Origin: Perkinsus chesapeaki ATCC PRA-425
Lineage: Eukaryota > Protista > Perkinsozoa
DNA: 58,928 nucleotides
Assembly (NCBI GenBank): GCA_013115145.1
Contig: JAAPAO010000168.1
Span: 1 to 58,928 of the forward strand
Direction: 5' to 3'
Shown here: positions 34,079-45,560 of the stretch, one piece after another
Layout of the letters: each line of letters starts with the position of its first letter
How positions within the stretch are numbered: position 1 is the stretch's first letter
Program-made: the position numbers and the translations under genes
Notes under the pieces: generated by a model
Told to the model about the DNA's origin: nothing
The model's database searches: none
The model's input: only the letters and a program-made list of their open reading frames with translations

Positions 34079-36877
34079 ATGAACCTTTATAATGTCATTA
34101 TTATTACCATCCTATCATTTATATTTAATGGATGTGGAAATGATAAAACAGGATTATTAAACAGTGATAGGCCGTGGAATTTACCATTAATAGAACGTTT
34201 AGTTAGAGAATTACGAAAGTTATTCGGTTCAGAGGTTGAATTTGAAAGTGCTTCTGGTGCGGACCTAATTCATGATTATTGTGCTGATTTAAAAGAAACA
34301 TCTATAGTGGCTGGTAAAGATCATACAGGGTTAGCTGATATAAGATGGGCAAAAGGGGAGGATGTCATTAAATGTTTAAATTTATTAAACATTACTCGAC
34401 AAGATGCCTTATTTACGTTACATAACCTACGTTATGGTGTGGCAGAGGATTACTCATTCACAGCTATAGCAAAGGATTCTAAAAAGTCACAAGAGTCAAA
34501 TCATTGTGGATTTGGTATATATGATGTTAAGGTTGACCTTGTTGGATACCTTGATAATAAGATACGTCAGATAACAGATGGAATTAAACAAGCTAACTCG
34601 GATCATCATCGACAAGACATTCTTGATAGTAAAATACCAGCACTACAATTCCATAGTGAATTAATGGATGAATTCAATAAGCTTAATGATGCTCATACGC
34701 TTTATATTAGCCCATTTGATATGTTTACATGGTCTTTACCTATATGTTTTGATAGTGGTAAAATAGGTAATAAACAAGTAGTATGGTTATGTAACTTACA
34801 TATGGAAGTAGTATATACACAATTACATGGTCATGGTACAACAGAGGGAAGCTCTGGTGATGAGATTAGTGAAATTGATGGTATGCCTGTCATTCAATGG
34901 CTTAAATATATGGTATCAGATTCAGGACCATTAAAAGGCTTTTATTCAGATAAGAATCAAAGGATTAATCAAGCATTCTTTATAAGTGATTCTATACAGC
35001 TATCATTGGCATATCGAAGCCCTCCAAAAAAGCATTATATAGATATAACGTTCAAGAATGGTAATAAAGCAAAGGTTAACTGGTTGGTTAGATTTCTTGA
35101 TTATTCACCTAGTCTTGAGAAATACGGTATTAAAGATGGCCTATCATGGCGACCATATAATGCATTAGTCAATCTTAATGAGAAATTCGATTATGTCCTT
35201 GAGATCGAGCATGGTCTCTTACATCGTGACATGGCTAGTATATGGGATGTCACTTCTAGTAGTGGTGATAAAGAAATGGATAAAGCTGTTAGTCCAATAA
35301 TAAAAAGCCTAAATGAAATGCGACAGGAAGATCTATTAGAGCTTGAGGTTGCTGGATTCCTCGGCAAAAATAGGCATCTCAATGATACATACTTTACCCG
35401 AAAGAATACTAATAATAGGTCGGAGGCAGCAGCAGCAGCACTTACAAGGCTTAGTTCAACATATAGGGCATTATGGAATTATAATGGGGTAATACGATGG
35501 AAGATAGAAGGGTATACGGTTATTGTTATTATACCAACATTTTTAATACCAAATCAAGGTGATAAGAGCTCAGATGAGTTCCTTTATCTTCCTGTATTAT
35601 TTGAAATACAACAAGCTGCCAAGTTACGGAATATTACACGTATATTAATAGATTTATCTGCTAACTCTGGAGGATATGTCCTATCATCAATGGCAGCTTT
35701 ATGGCATTTTGTAGATTCACCAGAGGATGTCTGTCAACCACAGTCAAAGCATATGACTAAGCATTGGAGACTGTGGGTAGAATCATTCGCATCTGATTGG
35801 GAAGGTTCGGTAAAGGCTGCCATCAATTGGGCTGGTGATAGACTCGGCGATATGAGTTTTATAACACAGAAATTTGAAGAGTTGAAAATACTTTATAAAT
35901 ATGCAGTTCATATCATACCAGATTTCCGCGACTTTTCAAGTGAACTTAAATGGATTGAGAAGACATTAGTATCATTAGCCTCACTGTCATGGGAAGAGAG
36001 AAAGGAGGCATTCAAAAGGATACTAATTGATAGGGAATTTATACATGGTAAACATGCTAAAGAGATAGCACCAGAAGGGGGAGGATGGTATCCATTTACA
36101 CAGGATGAGTTATTGGTATCAGGTCATAATGTGACATTTAAACCAAGTCTAAAACAATACACTAATCCTGATACCTTTAAATGGGGGCCACAGTACTCTT
36201 ATTATTCAGAAAAGGGAGATTGGACATTCTGTAGGAAGGAAGTATTACCACGTATGGATAAGCTGAAGCTGAATAATAAGGAATGGCAACGAGGTTATTG
36301 GAGAGATATTGCCATATTAAGTGATGGTGGTTGTGGATCTGCATGCTCTATGTTTGCTATGGGACTTCATATGTATGGTAAAGCTACATCGTATACCTTT
36401 GGTGGTATAGCCGATGAACCTATGAGTGTATCAGCATTCACTGGGGGTAATGTTGAGAGTTATGCTAAAGTCTGGCCAAAGGTTAATTTCGCGGCGCATT
36501 TGGGGAATTGGGCAACATTTGGCAAGGCGAAATGGTCAGAGTTGAACGATCTAGATTGGGTTAATTATGCTACTGCATTTCCAACAAGAGCTACAGCAAC
36601 ATTTAATTGGAATATGGCATTCCATAGAGGCCTTGGTGATAAGGCATTACCTATACAATGGTATAGAGTACCAAGTCATAGACATATAGATAGATGGGCT
36701 AGAGGTGTTACAGAAAGGCAAGATATACATGATGATATTGCAATAAGAGATTGGAAGAGTGATCTTAATAATCCACAATATCCCTTATTAGGTTATTGTG
36801 TACCATCACATACTAAAGGACTATACAAGCATTTCTGGCCAAGCACAAAACAACAAAGGTCAATAAGAAGTCATTAA
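34079..36877 (+). CDS. Secreted peptidase S41 (CPAF-like), intronless, 932 aa
   Basis: Signal ending FNGC, LNDAHT (His), DLSANSGG and GGCGSACS (Ser). Confidence 0.85.
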   Translation: MNLYNVIIITILSFIFNGCGNDKTGLLNSDRPWNLPLIERLVRELRKLFGSEVEFESASGADLIHDYCADLKETSIVAGKDHTGLADIRWAKGEDVIKCLNLLNITRQDALFTLHNLRYGVAEDYSFTAIAKDSKKSQESNHCGFGIYDVKVDLVGYLDNKIRQITDGIKQANSDHHRQDILDSKIPALQFHSELMDEFNKLNDAHTLYISPFDMFTWSLPICFDSGKIGNKQVVWLCNLHMEVVYTQLHGHGTTEGSSGDEISEIDGMPVIQWLKYMVSDSGPLKGFYSDKNQRINQAFFISDSIQLSLAYRSPPKKHYIDITFKNGNKAKVNWLVRFLDYSPSLEKYGIKDGLSWRPYNALVNLNEKFDYVLEIEHGLLHRDMASIWDVTSSSGDKEMDKAVSPIIKSLNEMRQEDLLELEVAGFLGKNRHLNDTYFTRKNTNNRSEAAAAALTRLSSTYRALWNYNGVIRWKIEGYTVIVIIPTFLIPNQGDKSSDEFLYLPVLFEIQQAAKLRNITRILIDLSANSGGYVLSSMAALWHFVDSPEDVCQPQSKHMTKHWRLWVESFASDWEGSVKAAINWAGDRLGDMSFITQKFEELKILYKYAVHIIPDFRDFSSELKWIEKTLVSLASLSWEERKEAFKRILIDREFIHGKHAKEIAPEGGGWYPFTQDELLVSGHNVTFKPSLKQYTNPDTFKWGPQYSYYSEKGDWTFCRKEVLPRMDKLKLNNKEWQRGYWRDIAILSDGGCGSACSMFAMGLHMYGKATSYTFGGIADEPMSVSAFTGGNVESYAKVWPKVNFAAHLGNWATFGKAKWSELNDLDWVNYATAFPTRATATFNWNMAFHRGLGDKALPIQWYRVPSHRHIDRWARGVTERQDIHDDIAIRDWKSDLNNPQYPLLGYCVPSHTKGLYKHFWPSTKQQRSIRSH

Positions 36878-37028
36878 TAATGATAGTTATGACTTAGGTG
36901 CAGTTGTTGGCTTTAGCTATTAGTTAGTGTATTATAATGTTAATAATAGTACATGTGGTATGTTATTTATATTGTTATGTTGTGTTCGCATCCATTATGA
37001 CTATTTAAGGCCCCTCCCTTTTTTAACA

Positions 37029-39884
37029 ATGAATCATCCGATCCTACTATCCCTTACCCTCTTTGCCATAAGTGTATTATTCACAGGTTGTGGTCATTCA
37101 AAGTACTCTAATAAAGATGGTGATGAAACAGGAATAGATAATAGAATAAGTGCATCATCGACTGGTAGACTGTATTTAGAAGATGCTATTGACTATTGTG
37201 CGGCCCTTGCTAATATATCAAACGAGTATGATATACCAGGGAGTGAGTATACGGAGAGATGGTCTTCTGGGAGGAATCTTATGCGGTGTGTATCACAGCT
37301 TAAGATAAGTAGGTATGATGCTTTATTTACTTTACATAATCTTCGTTATGGTGTTGCTGAGGCCTATGCTTTTACTGATATTGCTAAGAATGCTCGACAA
37401 TCGGTTCAGGACAATAATTGTGGGTTTGAGATTTATGATATAAAGGTAGACTTAATAGACATTTTTGATAGAAAAATCGAAGAAATGGAGAGAATCACCA
37501 GAGGAATGACGGAACGAAGGAAAATTGATTACCTTAAAGGTGGTATATCTGCATTGGAATTTCATAGCTCTGTGATGGATACTTTAAATAGTCTTTATGA
37601 TGCTCATACTTATTATAAAAGCCCATTAGATATGTTCACATTTGTTATACCTATAGGATTTGAAGCAGTTTGTGGTGTTGATATTGATATAGATGAACAA
37701 TGTCCTCAAGGACAACAGAAAATACATCTTCGTGAGGTTGGACTTGATGTTGAATATCGTCATATCTTTTCAAAGTGGCCTACAGTATATCATTATGACC
37801 ACCTCACACCAGTATCTACTATTAATGGTGAGGATGTATTAGACTGGATGGGCTCTATGGTATCAGGTGTTTTAAAAGGTGTGCATCTAGGTCTAAATCA
37901 ACGTATTAATGATTGGTTCCTAGTAAGAGATGGTCCTATATATGTACCATTAGCATGGTATTCTGTTAATAATGCAGATTTAAGGCCATTAAGAATAGTT
38001 TATGAAGATGGTACCTCGGATACAGTCGAATGGTTGGCAAAGTTGACAGATTACAGTAAAGGGTTAAAGGCAAGAGGAGTTAATGACGGGCTAAGTTGGA
38101 GAGTATACAATTCTCTTATTAATCGTAATGAACAGTTCGATTATGTTATTAATATGGAACAGAATAGGTTTGGTAAAAGATTGGATACTCTACTTCTTAA
38201 AGCATCATCATCATCACCAGCAGCAGGTAGTAGTGGTGATATTACTCTTGATAAGGCTATTAATGAGGTATTAAGTAATGCTAATACCAGAAGGCGTAGA
38301 TTGGTGCCTACAGGCCTAAGGGTTAATAGTATGTCTTTTACTAGACAGATTAAATCAGCATTAGTTGATAAGAAGCTTAGACGACCTAATAATGCTACAT
38401 CCAGTGATCATCATTATACCCCAGCATCATCATATAGGGTACACGGTAACTCATTTAACCTAAAAGGAGGACCATCGGTAGTAAGTCCAATTGTATGGAA
38501 TGATGCATTAGGAGGTACATTGAAATGGAGGGCTCATGACAATGCTATGGTGGTAGTCTTGTCAAGCTTCTCTATTGATGATCGTTGGTCATCTAATGAT
38601 GGTGATTTACTACCACACTTTATGCAAATTCAACGTGAAGCTCGTAAGGCCGGAATAAGTAGGATATTATTGGATTTATCCGGTAATACCGGAGGCTCCC
38701 TTTCTACAGCATTTGCAATGTTATGGTATCTTTTAAAACCATCAGAAATATGTCAACCTCAATCAAAGCATATTACTAAGCATTGGAATCTATGGATCAA
38801 ATCATTTGCTCTAGATTGGTCAAAATCACTTGATGCTGGCGCTGATGAGGTATGGTATAAGTTAGAAGATGTAGATTTTATACGAAGTAAATTTGAGGAG
38901 TTACGAGCCATCATACGATATGCATCGGCAATAGACAGTGAATTGGTTGATGTTAATGCAGCATTGAAGAGTATTGATGGACTAGAAGGATGGGTGGTTG
39001 GTATGACAAATGGTAGGGATAGGCGATGGTCATTCTTACAAATGTTAAATAATAAATTATTTATGACAGAAATACTTAGAGGAGAAATAACTAAATCAGA
39101 GAGTGGATGGTTTCCATTTGGTAATATGGAGTTAGTGGATCCTGTTACTGGTGAACGATTCAATCCACCATTAAAGCAGTTTATGGATCCTGAAACACAT
39201 AAATGGGGGGACATGTTGTTACCATCTAATTATTCTAAAAGAGCTCCATGGGGGTTCTGTGAGGACCTTATCCATCACCAAATGCCTCATCTACAGCAAC
39301 GACATGAGTGTAAAGAAGGCATCACATCAGATGCACAACAGAGATATTCTAGAGACTATTGGAAGGAGATAGCAGTTGTAACTGATGGCAGGTGTGGATC
39401 CGCTTGCACCACTGTTGCTGCTACTTTGTACCTCTCACGTCGAGCAACAACTTATACGTTTGGTGGTGATACTCGTAAACCTACGGCATTCGCATCATAT
39501 GCTGGAGGGAATGTTATTAATTATGATTATTTCTGGCCTAGATTCTCGATAGCTTCTCAGTTAGCACATTGGGGTACATTAGGAGGCTCAAAATGGTCTA
39601 AAAAATATGGTGGTAAATGGATACATTATGCAACCATATTCCCTACAACTGCCACTGCATCCTTTACCTTTAATATGGCATTCCATAAAGCTTTAGGGAA
39701 GGAGTCATTACCTGTACAATGGTATAATATGCCAAGCGATTATAATGTTAGACTTTGGGCCCAAAACCTTGAACAAAGGGCAATAATACAGTCATATGTT
39801 ATCAAGCGTGATTGGGGTAATGATATGATTAATCCTAGTAATAGTGGAATGGGCATGTGCCCAGCTGCAGCAGCAGGCAGTTGA
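37029..39884 (+). CDS. Secreted peptidase S41 (CPAF-like), intronless tandem paralogue
   Basis: The likely start is MNHPILL at 37029 (the ORF track uses an upstream GTG). Signal ending FTGC, LYDAHT, DLSGNTGG and GRCGSACT. Confidence 0.85.
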   Translation: MNHPILLSLTLFAISVLFTGCGHSKYSNKDGDETGIDNRISASSTGRLYLEDAIDYCAALANISNEYDIPGSEYTERWSSGRNLMRCVSQLKISRYDALFTLHNLRYGVAEAYAFTDIAKNARQSVQDNNCGFEIYDIKVDLIDIFDRKIEEMERITRGMTERRKIDYLKGGISALEFHSSVMDTLNSLYDAHTYYKSPLDMFTFVIPIGFEAVCGVDIDIDEQCPQGQQKIHLREVGLDVEYRHIFSKWPTVYHYDHLTPVSTINGEDVLDWMGSMVSGVLKGVHLGLNQRINDWFLVRDGPIYVPLAWYSVNNADLRPLRIVYEDGTSDTVEWLAKLTDYSKGLKARGVNDGLSWRVYNSLINRNEQFDYVINMEQNRFGKRLDTLLLKASSSSPAAGSSGDITLDKAINEVLSNANTRRRRLVPTGLRVNSMSFTRQIKSALVDKKLRRPNNATSSDHHYTPASSYRVHGNSFNLKGGPSVVSPIVWNDALGGTLKWRAHDNAMVVVLSSFSIDDRWSSNDGDLLPHFMQIQREARKAGISRILLDLSGNTGGSLSTAFAMLWYLLKPSEICQPQSKHITKHWNLWIKSFALDWSKSLDAGADEVWYKLEDVDFIRSKFEELRAIIRYASAIDSELVDVNAALKSIDGLEGWVVGMTNGRDRRWSFLQMLNNKLFMTEILRGEITKSESGWFPFGNMELVDPVTGERFNPPLKQFMDPETHKWGDMLLPSNYSKRAPWGFCEDLIHHQMPHLQQRHECKEGITSDAQQRYSRDYWKEIAVVTDGRCGSACTTVAATLYLSRRATTYTFGGDTRKPTAFASYAGGNVINYDYFWPRFSIASQLAHWGTLGGSKWSKKYGGKWIHYATIFPTTATASFTFNMAFHKALGKESLPVQWYNMPSDYNVRLWAQNLEQRAIIQSYVIKRDWGNDMINPSNSGMGMCPAAAAGS

Positions 39885-40003
39885 GTCTAATTTACCATGT
39901 ATTACAGTGTTATAATGTTATTTTGGTCTAATGGTGGTGTTGTTGTTAAACTGTAATAGGTTGTAGATCTACTCATAGCTTAGTACTATTTTACCTTTTA
40001 AAA

Positions 40004-42042
40004 GTGTCGTATCCAAACCCACAACCATCACGAAAACGAATCCCTGAGGAGTTTGTTGACCAAGAGGAGATCGGTAGTGGTAATTTCTGTACAGTATACA
40101 AGGCAAAGGATGTTGATAGTAATAAGATAGTAGCATTGAAGGTAATAATAATAAAGGATGGAGGAATAATAGGAGAGAGGATAACAGTCAACAACAACAA
40201 TAACGAGACATTTCTATTGCCTAATTACTAGAGACAAGGATCATAAACTGCTGCTGCTGCAATTGCTTTCCATTTATTTACTGAGCTCTGCCACAGAAAA
40301 CCTATACTTGTTTGAGCGTAGACCTTTGATACTATGGTATTGTTATGGTAGGTATTCAACAAAGGGGAACTCAAACGTGCTAAGAAAGAGAAGGGTAATA
40401 TTAATAAGGGTGGTGGTTATGTTAATGATAATAGTAATTATGATATAGATGTTCTTATGGAGAAGCATGTATTATCTCGATTACACCATAATAACATAAT
40501 TAAGCTTCTTTATACCTTTGCTGATACTGATAACTGTTATATTGTTACTCAATATTGTGCTGGAGGTAAGACAATAATTATTATCATCTATATATATCAT
40601 AATCTAGTCTTTAGGTGAATTGTGGAATTTAGTGGCTCATAGTGGACTGGGTGATAAACAGTGTAAATACTATCTTAAACAGATGGCAGAGGCTCTTAGA
40701 TATTGTCATCAAGCTGGTATTGTTCACAGAGACGTGAAGGTATAGTAGTGCTGCTGAGTAGTAGTAGGGACAAATATTGTGTTATAGGCTGAGAATGCAT
40801 TGCTTACTGAGGATAGACGAACTTTAAAGTTATGCGATTTTGGTACAGCAAGAGATCTTTTAAATCCCCAAATTGAAGGTTCAGGGAATATGTGTTTTAA
40901 TAAGCATATGAAAGTAGGTGGTGGTAGTACCAGGGATCGAACCTGCGTCAACTATTTCCTTTTCAGCATTATGTTGGCACTGCTAATTTCCTTGCTCCAG
41001 AGGCTATCATGAATAAAGAGAATGATCAGCGTTCGGATATATGGAGTTTTGGTGCCACGGTCTATCAAGTCAGGTTCGGAATTCCACCTTATACTGCTGG
41101 TAGTAGGACAGTTAGGGTATCTAAAATCTTCAGGGGGCGCAAATCCTAACGTATCTTAGGTTCAGAGTATCTTATTTATCTTCGTATAAGGCATCATGAC
41201 CTTCAATTTCCAGCTGATGGTGTTGGTATTGAGAGGTCCTGTATGGATTTGATAAGGTTGGTATATCATCACAGTAGAGGTGGTTATGGTGTTGTCAATT
41301 AGATGGTGTAATAATGAGGGTTCTAGACCACAGACATTTGATCAAGTATTAGCTCATCAATGGTTTCAAGATACACCAAAGGAGGTCAGTTGGAGTCATA
41401 TCTATTAATGCTTTCAAATGCACGCTTGGAGTTTAGATACCCCCATTTAGTTTAGAGGAGCTGTCTATTCGGTCTTTAGCCCGTAGCGGTTATGATGACA
41501 TTGGCATGACCCATGATGATGACCATGAAGGTACATCAGCACCAACAACAGCAGCAAGTAGTAATGGCAGTAATGATTCGCCTAATAGTTGTAATAATAA
41601 TATTATGGTATATGACTGAGCTTGATACTAGGTGGAGGTGAGATGGTTGTTGATGATGATGATAGTGTACCAACATTACCGTATGATAATGATTGGATAA
41701 TAGAACATGAAAATGATTTGAGTAATGATGAAATAAATGCCTTGAAGAGGTTGTTAGTAGTTCGAGATTGGGAAAGGAAAAGCATGTAATGATAATAAGG
41801 TTATAATATTAATAAATACAGTATTAATAATAGGCCTGGTAGTGGTACAGCAATGCTAGATCACTTACATTTACCTGAGCTTATTGAAGCTAATAAGAGG
41901 TAATGAAGAATTAAGTAAAGATATATTATATATCAGGATGGAGTCATCAAATACTTCACCACCTATCCTCACATCTCCACCTTCCGCATCATCATCATCA
42001 TCATCTTCATCATTATCGAGTGCTGCCCCTCCTCCCGACTGA
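40004..42042 (+). CDS. PDK1-like AGC protein kinase, multi-exon
   Basis: IGSGNF, VALK, MEKHVL, HRDVKAEN, LCDFGTA, YVGTANFLAPE, DIWSFG and SEYLIYLRI. The start codon is unresolved. Confidence 0.8.
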
Positions 42043-42127
42043 CTATGTCTAAACTGACTCCGTTGAGTTATTAATGACCGAATATAACCCTTTTATTCCT
42101 TATCCTCTTCTATTAGTTATTCTTTTC

Positions 42128-43969
42128 ATGACCTTGACCCGTCGAGGGTTAAGCCACTCAAAGCCACTCGGCTGCTATATATTTATATGCTGCTTATTGA
42201 TCATTGTTGTTATACATCTTGAAGGATGTAACCCACGAACCCCTGATCTATTACCACCGAGTGAAGCTGATGGTGGTGGAGGTGGGGCAGGTGGTGGGTC
42301 TGAAGGAAGAGCTAATAATACAAGTAATAAGGGATGTGCTACTACTACTACTTCCTACTACTACTACTACCACCATGATGTGATGAGTGTAAGAGAACAA
42401 TAATAGTAATAGGCAAATGACAATAATGGTGATAGAGAAGGACGATAATACACGGACAAAGGTACAACAACAACAACAACAGCTATCACACAACAAGAAG
42501 AACAACAAGAACCATCATCAACAACACTACCTCCTTACTCTACCGCCACTACCATCATGACAACAACAACTGTTACTACCGCGGGACAGTTGGTTGAAGG
42601 GGATTCATTAATTACCTCATCTATGTCATCATCATCATCTACTACTACTACTACTACTATAAAAAGGTTTACTAGTAGGTACAGCAACAACAAGGGCAAG
42701 TTACACAACAACAACAAATGATAATATATGGACGAATAGTCCATTATCAGGTACTACGACATTTATGACAACAGTAACCACAACAACAATACCACCAACA
42801 ATACCACCAACAAAGCCACCAACAATACCACCGACAAAGCCACCAACAATACCACCGACAAAGCCACCGACAAAGCCACCAACAAAGCCACCGACAAAGC
42901 CACCGACCAATCCGCCGACTCAGGCGCCTGGGAAATGCTCTAAGGGAGAGCCTTCTACTAGGAGGGATGACTTAGTTATATATGGTGATTGGCCGCATAT
43001 GGATGCATTAACAGAGAGGAGGTATATGACACAATTACCTCAGTTTGTTGATGGTGATAGTTGTCTAAATGCCAAGTTTACAAGTAATAATAATAGCTTA
43101 GGATAAATATAATGTTATTATTATTAATAATAGGTGTATTATTGGATATTACACCAAATAAGTTTGCTGATTGGATTGAAGGAGGAACTAATGTTAATGT
43201 TGCTGATACTACTTCTGGTATAGGTAAAGGAGGTGACTTCAAAACAATGCTTAAAGGTCTAAAAGCTGCTAATGCGAAGTTGTCGATTGCTATATCACTT
43301 GGTCATGGTTATTATAATAATGTCTGTGGTGGTAGTGAAAGTATATCATGTATGTTTACTTTTATTAAGTCATGGGATAAGGAGGTACCTGGATCACTAC
43401 AAGGTGTAGTCGTATCTGGTATTGATAGTACTTCTAATGGTATTGATGAAGCTATGTCTAATGGTGGTAAAGTTAAGGGTTCATATGCATTAGGAATAAC
43501 AGTACCGATGGCATCACTTGGACAATATCAACAAAAATATAATACTGCTGATCGTTATTATTTATTACTCATGGATTTTTGGTGTCCATCAGTCGATTCT
43601 TATTCTGCATCAAATAATAATAATATATTTAAAACGAAGGGAGATGATCTAGGGCAATTTATGGTTCAAACTGCCAGTTGCCCTGGTGGTAATGATTCTC
43701 CTATACCACAGAAAGATGTTATAAATATTAATAGTAAGACTGCTCTTATATGGTCTACAAGACATAGTGGTGCATCATGTCCATATCCCCTTAATGATGG
43801 TACTTGTACACAGAATGGCAGAGCTGAACTAGGCAGCACTGATACGACAATAGTAGCAATGAAACTTATTGAATATATGACTAACTTATTCCCAACTTCT
43901 TCTTCATCATCAGCGGGCCATGGTTTCTACTACATGAGCCTGATGCCTGATTATTGGTTTCATGATTGA
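42128..43969 (+). CDS. Secreted Thr/Pro-rich (mucin/extensin-like) protein with an unknown C-terminal domain
   Basis: Hydrophobic segment ending LEGC, Thr-rich exons, 11 xPPT repeats, then a ~330-aa Cys-containing globular region. Confidence 0.7.
42789..42920 (+). repeat. Coding 12-bp tandem repeat, 11 units (IPPT/KPPT/NPPT)
   Basis: Direct repeats of ccaccracaaag/ccaccracaata read from the sequence. Confidence 0.95.
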
Positions 43970-44523
43970 TAATTATCACCACCACCATCGCAATCAAACG
44001 TCGCTATTACGTCATTATTCTTATTGATATGACGTTTAAACAACAGGAACGCTTATTGTTATAATAGTTGTATACGATTGTAGATATTTCGGATTTAATA
44101 CGCAAAGCCGTCGATGTCTGTCGGTTAATAATGAATATGTATTTATGCAACATTATTATCATCGTTGAGAATTACGTTAGATCTCAAAAGACATTTTTGG
44201 TCATCTTGGACAGCAGCAGCAACAGCAAGACGATAATCGTTGTTCATAGTAGTAGAGAATAATAATCACCATCATCACCACCACCACAGTATCTGTGTCG
44301 AATGAAGTGTCATTTGAGTTGTTGATTTAATTGTGTGAGTTGAAGAAGAAGGAGATAGAGTATATTATGTTATATGATAACACATCATCATCATCGGCTA
44401 ACATTAAACTACCATCAGTGGTAGCAATAAACCGTACAACAGCTTTACGTATTGCACATCGAACTTGCACACAAAAAGACATCAAAGTACATAATATAAT
44501 CATTAACCAATAGAAGTAGCATT

Positions 44524-45473
44524 ATGAATCAGAACGACGTTCCTATGATGAGGGGGGAGGCATACTGCCAGTTGGGAAGTGGGGGAGCAGAACGGCAGCA
44601 GGGTAGATGATGAGGTATAAACTTACTCTATCAATCATCGATTATTACAGGGCGTCTTCCTCCTAACACTCATCCAGACAACACTCATACCATGATGATG
44701 ACCAGGAGTGTTAGGCCTACTAGAAGGCTAATCGATGCTATAGTGCTTGATAAAGAAGAATTCCATTCGATAAGTGATAGTGAGTCTGATAAGGTTAGCA
44801 AACTTATTGTTATAATAATGCATGCTACCTTAGTCAGGTTACTATTGATAAGTCTACTGGTATGGTAGATGATAATGATGATATTGAATCTATATGTCAT
44901 GATACTGGTAGAGTATTGAATAGAGTGGTATCATTGCTAAGACGGGTGGATAGTTGTTGCTCGAATGTTGATAATACTCGTAGTCATCATTCACCAATAT
45001 CACCATCATCATCAGCTATTGGTAAAGTAGTTCATATAACACCACCACCACCACAACATCCAAGTACACAAAAGAAGTTAATTACTAGTAGAAGTGTACC
45101 TGATCTTAATCAATCAACTTGTAGAAGGAACAACAACAACAAGCAGCAAGAAGCATTATTACTGTCAACACCACAACGGAAAAGAATACATTCCCCCCGT
45201 ACCATAGCAAATATGAGCAATTATACACATGATAATGAGTTGTACAATACTCCTCCTCCTCCTCCCTTAACTAGTCTATCTAGTAGCTCATCATTCCGTC
45301 GACGTGTTAGAGGTGGTATTGTAGGAGTTCCTATATGGAGGAACCCAACTTGTGGTATATCTCAACATCTTGAACCAATAAGTATGATGGATAAAGTACC
45401 TCAAAGATCATGCCCAAAGATCAGGAGATCATCATCGTCAATTGGTGGTGTTCACGTTATGACTAATCGTTAA
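44524..45473 (+). CDS. Hypothetical low-complexity protein, multi-exon
   Basis: A 203-aa terminal exon preceded by short exons with GT-AG introns. No recognisable domain. Confidence 0.5.
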
Positions 45474-45560
45474 TATCGTTGTTACATGATGTTGCGTTGT
45501 TAGATATATTTAATACTTTATAACTCAACAACAATTATACAACTATTACAAGTATTATTA

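Noticed and set aside
36927-37028. 34-aa N-terminal extension of the 985-aa ORF
   Set aside because: It starts at GTG in AT-rich spacer, whereas the ATG at 37029 gives a signal peptide parallel to the paralogue.
42701-42910. Minus-strand GGFV/GGIV repeat ORF
   Set aside because: It is the antisense shadow of the xPPT coding repeat.
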